The notes under the pieces are model-generated. The model was not told the DNA's origin. It worked only from the letters and a program-made list of their open reading frames with translations, and did no database searches. Positions 48,707-58,472 of a DNA stretch of 58,472 bases are shown here, piece after piece. The translations under genes were made by a program, and so were the position numbers. Origin of the DNA: Phoronis australis. Taxonomy: Eukaryota > Animalia > Phoronida. Every line of letters begins with the position of its first letter. Position 1 is the first letter of the stretch. Where the stretch lies: the NCBI GenBank assembly GCA_002633005.1, contig NMRA01001084.1, forward strand, positions 1-58,472, read 5' to 3'.

Positions 48707-49379
48707 CCAACAAGCGTGCTGTCTCAGGACCCAGGGTCTATGAAGTGCTTCATCGGTATATCATCCGTTTGCCGACTACGCCAATTGTCGTAATAGCCGA
48801 GATTGCCCGACCTCGGGAATCGAACCAGCAACCCCGATTTAACCGGTGAGCGTGCTAACCATTCAGCTAATAGGCAATTGCCCGTTAGCGAGTGGCTAAC
48901 AGAGGCTCATATGTGATTCACCGGAAGCACTTTCACAACAGGCACCTTTATCAGCTGATAAAGCCTGAAGCCCTGAACTTCTGAACTAGGTCTAGGGTGC
49001 CTGGTGTCTAACCATCCCATATGCTTTGAAACCAATTCGTAACCTGTTGCTTATTACTGTCAGTGTACCAACTACTTACCAGAGTTTAGTTTGGAAGAGG
49101 CTACTGATGGGTTATAATGAGAGAGGAACTCCTAGAAAACGGTGTTCTAACCACAAGAAATCTAAACAAGAAGAGTACTAAACTACAGGCTCCGTGATAA
49201 CCTTTAGGTTTGCGAATGACCTAGTGCTACTAGTGTCACATGACTGCCGAGGGTGACCTCTAGCGACGGAAGGTGAAATGTGAAAACTGAAAATATATAT
49301 TCACCTGGTGAAGACATGCTCTCAGTACAGTATACCTTACACCTGCAAATAGTTATTTAAAGACAGGTTACATGACTAA

Positions 49380-49570
49380 TCCTATACCAGCGACAGTGAA
49401 AACATGTTACTGTAAAGTTCCGTAAATAATTAAGGTCACTGACCTTTGCCTATTTATCGTTAGAGGTCGCGTCGTCTAGCGCCGCCGCCATCGAGGTGAC
49501 GTTTCAGCTGTTTGGAATGCTTAGCAAGTGTCACGTTCCTCCTCCTCCAGAACGGAGATTATGATGAGTG
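49380..49570. promoter_or_regulatory. Putative bidirectional promoter of CRYL1-B and GCC2 with a perfect IR1 (AGGTCA-C-TGACCT, 49433-49445)
   Basis: CpG-rich patch (gtcgcgtcgtctagcgccgccgccatcg) between divergent genes; minus-strand donor-like sites at ~49079, 49303 and 49386. Confidence 0.5.
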
Positions 49571-49699
49571 AAATCCGCGGTTTGTTGTGCTTGATTTTAA
49601 TGATTCACTGTTAATACCCTTTAAGTTATCTTGCGTCAATGTTATAATTTGCCGTTGTTTTACTCAGTGCTGTCCACGGCACAGACTAATCTGTCTTAA

Positions 49700-49784
49700 T
49701 AATCAGCCCCTCCACGATATTATTAATAAATAATATTATAGAATCTCGTATTATACTTATAGTATATCGTGGAGGAGCTGATTA
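49700..49784. mobile_element. 85-bp hairpin / mini-MITE
   Basis: taatcagcccctccacgatat / atatcgtggaggagctgatta (20 of 21 complementary) around an AT-rich loop. Confidence 0.6.
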
Positions 49785-51522
49785 AAGGTACCTGTGGTGC
49801 TGTCTGACTGTCAGTCACTGTCCTCAGTTAGACACACATAGGAAATTACACTGCGGCGTCCACACGCAGGCGTTAGTATACTAGTAACCCTTTAAAACGT
49901 TACTGGTACTCACTTCAAAATACAGCAAATAACTTCAAATGAGACATAATTGAAGTGTCTATGAAAATCAGGGTGCCATTTTGAGAAACCTGTTCATGGG
50001 CGGCGCAGCACTGAAATAAGCGGAGGACTTTAGCCCCCCAACCCTTATGGCGCGCGGCCAATGCTGTTGAAGTCCAAGGGACACATTAATCTTACAAGTT
50101 CCACCAGATATCTTCTCATGCTACTTTTTGAAGGTGCTGCCTACCACTCAAGGGGTTCGTTGAGTTTCACATTTGTAATTGCCTATCTCGCGCGATGTCA
50201 ACTGGAATACTTAGTGGTTATCACGTGCACTGAAAATGTTAACAGCAACCAAAAAGGGGAGTTGGAATTTTTTGCATAAGTCATCTTGATTCCCATGCTT
50301 CATCAAGGTTAATGCATAGTACCAGAAAGGATTGCCTTTTTAAGTGTAAAATGTATTCCGTAATCGTATTTTGGCTATGTGACCGCTTGTTTAAATTTCA
50401 TGAGATGAGATTAGTACAGCAACTGGGATTGTTGTAGTCCCTGCGTATCCGGGTAAAGGGGTTTGTGTTGCCTATTGTAGACAGTTCCACTGTCTCAACT
50501 GGCCCCAGGTATACAGTGGCAATCCCAGAGGACTGCCTTACACTGGAAGCTTTTCAATGAATTACGTATGCCTCACAATGATTAAACCATCCAAGTCATA
50601 TTGCTATAAGTACTTTTTCCACATAGTGGGACACCGCAGTAGGTGGTTGATGTGCTCAACTTTTACTTTTTTGAATCGTCTTTCGTTCAGTTGCCCAAAT
50701 TGCCAACTGGCAATTTTTATACTGCTCGTGCCTGAAGATGTGACGTATATTTTGTACCTATACATGTGCATATGCATATACATATGCATATACATACACA
50801 CATATTTATATATTATGGTTTGGCGACCTCAGTTTGTGTTTGGCGAACCTGCAGCGGCGTGACCTTCAGTAGTGGGGTTGTCAACGTCATTGTTTCCAAT
50901 ACTTTTGTATTGTGGTGTGTATTTGGCATTGGCGTGGTCTTCGATGTCATCCTTGTCCTTGGTAAAACTGTTGGTGTCCAAGCATGAGGGTCATCATCTG
51001 TGGAGATCATGATCACCCTTCAGGTGCCTCTGCTTTAGTTAGCTGAACTAAGTGTGACTAAGTGTTGCTCTTAAGAGCACTTTCATCTTGCTTCTTACGC
51101 AAGTTATAAGTAGTCTCAGCAGTGCTTGCAAAGAGGAGTGACCTGAAAGCTTATGAGCTGGGTCTGAACAAAACAATGTTATACAATTGAAACTAAACTA
51201 CTCAAAAAGCAAGATGGTGTACTATCTGTTTTGCTTCAAATTTCCCAGAAATTGTGGAAATGAACAATTTGGCCCAGTCACTGATACATGTATGATATGT
51301 TCATGTGAAACACTTGAACAAAAAATTATTGAATAGATGTATTAGAAGTGTAATTCAACATTAATTTTTTCTTTTGTTTTTAGTTACATAATTAAATATA
51401 ATAAAAAATCTGAGGCTGCTCCACTTAACACTTTGATACACTGAGTATTTCTCTTTAGATCAGAAATCATTTAATTCATCAAGACCGTTTTTTATTTAGG
51501 TTATCTGACGAACTGAAGCGAC

Positions 51523-54500
51523 ATGGCTGAGTCAAGTCCAAAAGCAGGATCAAAGGTTGGTAACTATGTCCTGGTTATGACTTTCTTTATTCGTCAATTT
51601 GGGGGATTTTGTCTATGGCATTGTTGTTTCTCAAATGCATTATGGGGCGGTTGCCTGCTCGTAACCGTGCAGTGAAATCGCAGATACTCGTGGACATGTA
51701 TTCTTGATTTTTAACTTACTTCTTCGTTGGCATTTTAGGTAGTTACCAACTACATGTGATCTATTCGTGCCTTGAGAACCTTTTGTATGAAATGTTTGCT
51801 AATCCGTGTGTTATTTTGGTTGCTCACTTTTATTATTTTCCTTCCTCAGTGCACTTGAAAATTGTCAACAGTGCAGTAGATGAAATCTTTGAATCCACAA
51901 CCATACTTTGAACTACAGTTTTACACAATTTCAGACCAAAATACTCGCTAAAATTACCTTTTTATGCGCCCACATATTTATATGTGGACGCATTATGCTG
52001 TCATCTCCGTCCGTCCGGGCGGCGTCCGTCCAGCGTCTACTGCTCTATCTCCAAAACCCTTTGACATACGTTCATGAAATTTGGCACATGTGTTCCATTG
52101 ATGAATGGGACGGCATGTGCGAACTTTCGGACGGATCCAACTACCGGTGTGCCCCCTAGTGGTAATTTTAGTTTTTTTACGCTTACCTTTGTATCTTCAA
52201 AAGTCTTGAACAGATTTTCATGAAATTTGGTATGTAGGCACCTATTAGTGAGATGACGCTATCCTCCCGTTTTCAGATGGATTCAACATAGTTTGCGCCA
52301 CCTAGTGGCCATTTTTAGTGTTTTTGTGCGTCCACCCCTCTATCAACCAAACCGATCAAAGGATGATTGTGAAAATTGGCATGTATATGCTTACTATCTA
52401 GAGGACGGTTGACGATGATTTTCTGACGATTTCGACTACTGTGGCACCTCCTAGTGGCAGTTTTGTTTTTTTTGCGCCTATGGCTGTATCTCCTAAACCT
52501 TTCGCAGGATCTTTACGAAATTGTGTAAGTATATTGATATGATGTTAACAACGGAAGATGACAACTTTTGGATGGATCCGACTACCGGTGTGCCCCCTAG
52601 TGGCAATTTTAATTTTTTACACTTACCTTTGTATCTTCAAAAGTCCTTAACGGATTTTCATGAAATTTGGTATGTAGGCACCTATTAGTGAGATGACGCT
52701 ATCCTCTCGTTTTCAGATGGATTTGACATAGTTTGCGCCACCTAGTGGCCATTTTTAGTGTTTTCGAGTCTGTATTTTTGCGTCCACCCCTCTATCAACC
52801 AAACCGTTCAAAGGATGATTGTGAAAATTGGCATGTATGTGCTTACTATAAAGAAGACAGCTGACAATGATTTTCAGACGATTCTGACTACTGTGGCGCC
52901 TCCTAGTGGCAGTGTTTTTTTTTTGCGCCTATGGCTGTATCTCCTAAACCGTTCGCAGGATCTTTACGAAATTTGATAAGTGTATTTATATGATGTTAAC
53001 AACAGACGATGACGACTTTTGGACGGATCCGCCTAGCAGTGTGCCCCTAGTGGCAATTTTATTTTTTTACGTTTCCCTCTGTATCTTCACAAGTCCTTAA
53101 CGGATTTTCATGAAATTTGGTATGTAGGCACCTATTAGTGCGATGACGCTATCCTTCCGTTTTCGGATGGATTCGACATAGTTTGCGACACCCAGTGGCC
53201 ATTTTTACTGTTTTTGACGTCCACCCCTCTATCAACCAAACCGCTCTAAGTATGATTGTGAAAATTGGCATGTATGTTTTTACTATGAAGAGGACAGTTG
53301 ACGATGAATTTCCCATGACTTTGATTACTGTGCCGCCTCCTAGTGGTATTTTTTTTGCGCCCATGGCTCTATCTCCCAAACCGTTTGCCGGATCTTTACT
53401 AAATTTAGCAAGTGTATTTATGTGATGTTGACAACGGACGATGACGACTTTAGGTTGATTCTGACTACCAGTATGCCTCTAGTGGCAATTTAAGTATTTT
53501 ACATTGATCTCTGTATTTTCATAGGTCTTCAGGTGTATACTTTGTGTTACTTCGTGACTATGAAGGAAAAGTTCCAAGTAGAAATTTTGTTTCTGGTATT
53601 CTAATGCTGTGCTAATCTCGTATGTTGGTAAATTTGTTTTTAATTCTATGTTTCTGTGGTGCTTTAAGCAACTGATGTATAGGATGTGCTTGTATTATGA
53701 AGATCACTCACATTTTGCCCCTAGCCTATTGAGGAGACAATGACCATGCCTTTCCATTTTACAAAGTACAACATACTACATATATGCCCTCTACTGGCCA
53801 CTTTATGGGACGAATAAACAACCCTAGAAGGATACCGTATACGGTGCAATTGTGGGCGCATTTCAACGCTCTGCGTTGCTCTTGTTTTATTTATCAAGCT
53901 CTAACATTGTTGTGAATGCCCATAATTTTTCAAAGTACTTTCTGGTAGTAGCTTTGGTTCAGAACTTTGGAAGCTCTGAGTCAGATTCCTATGGACAGTG
54001 TCCCATTCAAGACGTGTTTGGCCAAAGATGCCCGTTTCTGCATATCCTCCATATAATTAATCAAGATTTTAGGATAAGCGTGGACATTCTGTAGACAAGT
54101 TTGGTGAGATAGGACATATGGGAAGGAAATTACTGGATCATGGTTTTGGTGGTTTTCCAGAATTTTGGCTTCAAGTTTATTAAGCTTTGGTTGAAGAGGC
54201 TCGAGGTGTTCACGTAAAACGTTTTACATTCTAGTTCTAATTTGAATCTTGATTGTTTTTAACAGTTGGACAGCCTTCCCAGAGAAGACCTGGTCAAGTT
54301 TGTTAAGAAACAGACTTTCTTACTGCAGAAAACAAAGGCAAAATGTGATGGTGAGTCTCCCACACTGTGTTAGTGTGATTGTAAAATGAACAGTAGTTAT
54401 GTTTCTCCATGTTTATTGAAAGCTTTAAAATATGAGTGTATGTCTAGAAGCTATTTTTTCATTTCGTATCATTCCTGAACAAGCTAATACACTAAAAGTT

Positions 54501-57500
54501 TTGTTGTTCCTGAACTAACGAGAAAATATACTAGCTTTGTTGTGTATTATTTATAGGCATCAACTGTCATATACTTTCCACTTAGAATACTGATTTTCCT
54601 TTTTTCAGAGTTGACGCTTCAAGTCGAATCACTTAAAAATTCAGCTGGTCATTCTCAAGATGGTTCCAGGGTAGGAATTGGTTCCCACTAGAATTGTATC
54701 AATAGACTGTGCTCTTGATCCAATCCGATTTTTAGTTACTAAAACTAAAATCGGTGCATTCCGCAAATGATCTTGCGGTGCACATGCCTATGTTTCATGC
54801 TAATGTATTTCTATGTAAGTCACAACTTAGGGGTCTTTTTGAATCGTCTCCTGAAAACACCTGCATAATTTCCTCAAATGCAACAAGGTCCCTGCGAGAT
54901 TGAAGCTGGTTGTTGAACATCATGACCTGAAACGTACCAGGTTTGGTTTCCAGCATGTGTTCTCATTAATTTATTAAGATGTTTTGTTTTCTGTCCAAGG
55001 TTAAGACTTGCATAATGTCTGGTGTGGTGTTATGCTTGATAAAGATTGTTAGTGAGCTGTGAGGTTGCCATGTTGGCTTACATATGGTTTGTAAAAACAT
55101 AAAAAATATCTGGCTCCAACATCTTGGGATACACAGGAGGTGGATCCACTCACTGTAGTCCCTGGCCAGTTTAAAATCACTGACTGCAACTTGAGATATG
55201 ACCAGACGTGTGGATAGATCATATGCTCAAAGCCACTGAAGGCATTGAGTCTTTCTTTTTGACCTATTTTTTACTGCTGGTTTGTTTGTAGACTGTTTAA
55301 ATTATCATCACACATCTCATTTTTTCTTTTCTGCTACGTTTTAGTCCACGGAAGTGTCAGAGGAGTTGTCAAAACTACAAGATGAAAATACAAGTTTACG
55401 TGCTGCTCATGAGGTGGCACAAAAGCAGTCTGCAGAGCAAATGGCAGAAATGGATGAGAAACTACAGAATGTTCTGCGGCAAAATAAGGTTTGCTGTTGT
55501 ATTAACACTGAGTCGAAATACTTTATCTTTTTATTTAGGGACCAGATTGTAAAATGACTTCTTGGCAGGTGAAGTTCTCCTGAGCAATTTGTTGAGTCAT
55601 ATTCAAAACAGCCCCGAGTTTTAGCTGGCTAAGTCTAAGTATGAAGATGGAATCTCTGGCTTATTTGTATTCACATTAGAAAAATGTCTGTGCCTATTAG
55701 TATATAGATCAAGTGAGGTCAGTTGAAGCTGAGTGGGTAGAATTCATTGCACATTTGGTGTTCTCATCAACTAAAGTTTCTGTATTTTGTCATTTAAAAA
55801 TAAATGCACAGTTAGCTAATGTCAGATAAGATCCTCAAAACAACCATCAAAGATTCTTAGTTGGCACACACCTCCAAATTCAGTCAAAAGTGTTGATGCA
55901 GCCATGAAATATAATGAGAACTGCGGACTTCCAATAGTCTCGCACTGAACTATGGGGCTTGTCTAGTAATTAGCACATTTGGATGATTCAAGATGCATGT
56001 GAAACACTGACATCAAGAGGTGATTGTGTGTTGTACATGTAGACAGTCTTTTGAGTAGTTGTGTTATGTGCCTTATTCCCAAGTGCGCTTTTTTAGGCAT
56101 GTTGGTTTAGAGTGTAAAATACAGAAATCTTGATAATCCAAGCAGGTTAAATGAATTACAGTGCCAATGAAAATGTTCGATTTTTAGAGACTTCACCTTC
56201 AGTTTTTTAAATTTTGTCATGGTTTGCATCTGACAGGCCATGGAAGAAGAAATCGAATGTCTGAAAATGAAAGATACGACACTTACGTCTACTTTACAAT
56301 GCATGCAAGAGGAACAAGGACGGTGGGCTGAGGAAAGTCAAGTAGGTTTACAATGTTAAATCTTTGTGGCAATAGTTGCAGAACTTTTTGCCAGGTAATT
56401 CTTTCAAATATTGCTTGATACTGATATTCCTAAGTCCATTACAAGAACAATAAATATATATAAATATCTGAATCCTCAAAGACGAAAATATTTTTTACTT
56501 CTTCTTAAGATGTCTCATAATCATTTATAATTACACATCATTTTTCTAAAAATTATATGTTGCACTTTGCTTTAATTGCAAATTTCTAAGAAAACCTAAG
56601 TGGCAGTTGACGTCGTGTAATGGAGCAATGACACTGGCTTTAAAGATGTATTTGCATGTATAAAAGGAACTTAAGGGCAATGCTATTTGAACACCATCTA
56701 TGCTAAACGAAGTGCAGTTGTATTCATTGACAACTTGTAAATGTGAAAACAAAAAATTCTGCAAATAGGTGATCTTTGCACTTATGACGTACCGCATTAT
56801 ACAGTGTTGTTCTCCAACACCACGTCACAATACTTACTGGACACAGTTGACTGATTTACGGCAGATCATTTTCGACACAAAACTCGTTCCTAAAAAATTT
56901 GGCAATTTTCAGCGTACTTCATATTCACATCGTCGCTTTATGTTGTGTGTCTAACTAATTTGACCAAGCAATCGCAGAAATAAGGAATTAGCGTGCAAGT
57001 TCTCCGTTAAGAATTTATTAGAAATGAATGCCTTTGTGTCTTATTTTTTCTCCAATATAGGCACATACCAATATTTTGGGTTGTTGACTTATAACATTCA
57101 TGAATGTAATTACATTTGCATCTAGAATCCTATCTTTCCATGAAAATGGAAACCACATTAGGCCCACTATTGTGACATGAATGTACGCAATGAATAGACG
57201 CGAGTGTCGAGTAACGGACAGTAGAAAGCTGCATACAAATATTCTACTGTGAACATCGTCAAAATATTTAATGTATTTCAGTGGAAAGAAAGCCCTTCAT
57301 AATTACAGACACTTGTATTGCAGGAATGGAAAGATCAAGTTGAAGTCCTCACATTAGCCAGAGACAATGCTTTGGATGCGCTGAAGGCCATGCAGGTTTC
57401 CAAGTCAGAGTCGGATAGAGCTGATGACAACAATAGCAAGGAAGAGATAGATCATTTGAATAGGCTCCTTGAGGTAACTCCTTGTAAAAGCTCTTGGACA

Positions 57501-58472
57501 TGTATGACATGGACTAGTACCTTAATGTTAAGTTTGATGATGAAGTTCATAGCAAGAGTCATGTAAGTACATGGGATACCAAAATCCCATGTTGAGTATC
57601 ATAAAACTTAAAGTGCAAGGAAGACACAAATGCCATTTCCATGGTGACCTGACTTCAAAATGTTTCTGATGTGTATATCCACACTAGTTCTCAAGATTTA
57701 CATGATGTAATATTGCCTCAACCAATCAGTCACGAATGCCAAGGTATGCCAGTTGACCCAAGCTGATTGACATCAGTCCGTCAATGGCATAGTACCTGAC
57801 ATTGTGCTCTGTGGCTGTATAAATCTGTACCATCTCGTGTTCTACTACACTATCAACCATGAAATACAGCTGTACTAATTCTGCGTTTGCACAATATGCA
57901 ATTCACCAGCTCTAATTCTAGTCTTGTAGAAACATCGTTTAAGAGCATTATTCCGAATTACGAGAAGGTAGTGTAAAGCTCACTTTTTATGATTTTTGAG
58001 AATATGAAAGCATTTGGATAATTCATGTTAGCCAAATACCATCATGTAGTTCACTCTTTCTTGTAGGAAAAAAGTCAACATGTTGTCAGTTTAGAGAAGG
58101 AAATTTCAACTTTAAAAGGAACCATCCAAACTCTTGAAGATTCAGTGCAGTCAGTGACAAGGTTGTCCTCAGACCTGGAACTGGCCAATAGTCAACTAGC
58201 AGAGATGTCGACTCGATACAATCTTTGCGCTCAAGAGAAAGACAATTTTGAATTAATTGCTAAAGATAAGGAGTTGGAAAGTGTGCGACTGAATGGTGAA
58301 GTGGAACGACTACAGAGTGAAAACAGTTCATCAAGTAAACAGTTGACTGAGTTAGAACAGTCTTCAGCAGGTTTAAAGTCTGATCTTAGTCAATCCCTTG
58401 AGGACAAAGAAAAGTTAAGTTTACTAGTGCAAGAACTTGAGAGTGAACTGAAAACTGCTCAAGAATCTGTCC
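51523..58472 (+). CDS. GCC2: GRIP and coiled-coil domain-containing protein 2 (GCC185)-like golgin, 5' part; exons 51523-51555, 54266-54350, 54609-54670, 55345-55488, 56237-56341, 57324-57473, 58067-end
   Basis: Phase-consistent GT-AG exons. The N-terminus SKLDSLPREDLVKFVKKQTFLLQKTKAKCDEL matches the recalled GCC2 motif SKLETLPKEDLIKFAKKQ..L.QK.K.RC.EL and is followed by E/K/Q/L-rich coiled coil and a long exon. The GRIP domain would lie outside the window. Confidence 0.78.
51958..53888 (-). mobile_element. HINE/Helentron-like element with ~440-450-bp tandem units in a GCC2 intron (inverted relative to 41286-43060)
   Basis: Hairpin tgcgcccacatatttatatgtggacgca at 51966; ccgtccgtcc tract; unit anchors tagtgg(c/t)aattt at ~52157, 52598, 53048, 53480; 5' head tgtgggcgcatttcaacgctctgcgttgctcttgtt at 53851-53886. 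Confidence 0.75.
56660..57010. mobile_element. Short Kolobok-like non-autonomous element, same family as 1295-1448
   Basis: Shared right terminus ending in TTAA; the left end (ataaaaggaactt) matches only weakly. Confidence 0.5.

Larger units (their letters stand above)
48338..48940 (-). mobile_element. Complete 603-bp TRIM (non-autonomous LTR retrotransposon) with tRNA-derived LTRs, Helenus-like
   Basis: 155-bp TG...CA LTRs at 48338-48492 and 48786-48940 (3 mismatches); TSD GGCA (48334-48337, 48941-48944); PBS TGGCGTAGTCGGCA (48783-48770); PPT AGGAAAGGGGGGAA (48506-48493). Confidence 0.93.

Noticed and set aside
48444-48849. Repetitive ORFs (PYIMPVHA)n and (YLTLCLYM)n
   Set aside because: By-products of a stop-free 24-bp tandem repeat that is open in several frames.
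50040-51020. Possible Penelope/LTR remnant and Thr-rich ORF 50813-51016
   Set aside because: No recognisable RT or GIY-YIG motifs, termini or splice context could be supported by eye.
57282-57323. Alternative upstream acceptor for a GCC2 exon
   Set aside because: It introduces an in-frame TAA; the acceptor at 57323 keeps the frame.

Overview
This is animal (invertebrate-type) genomic DNA, AT-rich, with GT-AG introns and a heavy transposon load. Genes: (i) two tandem, apparently intact six-coding-exon CRYL1 (lambda-crystallin / L-gulonate 3-dehydrogenase) paralogs on the minus strand (A 17142-29891, 321 aa; B 37243-47136, 320 aa); (ii) the 5' part of a GCC2-like golgin on the plus strand (51523 to window end), head-to-head with CRYL1-B; (iii) three in-frame minus-strand exons of an unidentified R3H-domain gene (1080-2478). 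Mobile DNA: a decayed L1/Tx1-type LINE inserted into one copy of a 1.4-kb TIR element whose empty copy lies 3.4 kb away; a TTAA-flanked Kolobok-like element with THAP and KolX-like stubs; several Helentron/HINE-like elements with ~450-bp internal tandem units; nested MITEs; and a complete 603-bp TRIM with 4-bp TSD, tRNA-Ser PBS and PPT whose LTRs carry a tRNA-derived Pol III promoter (Helenus-like). Other notable signals are a probable gene-conversion tract between the CRYL1 paralogs and an IR1 nuclear-receptor motif in both CRYL1 promoter regions. All calls were made by eye, with no database searches.
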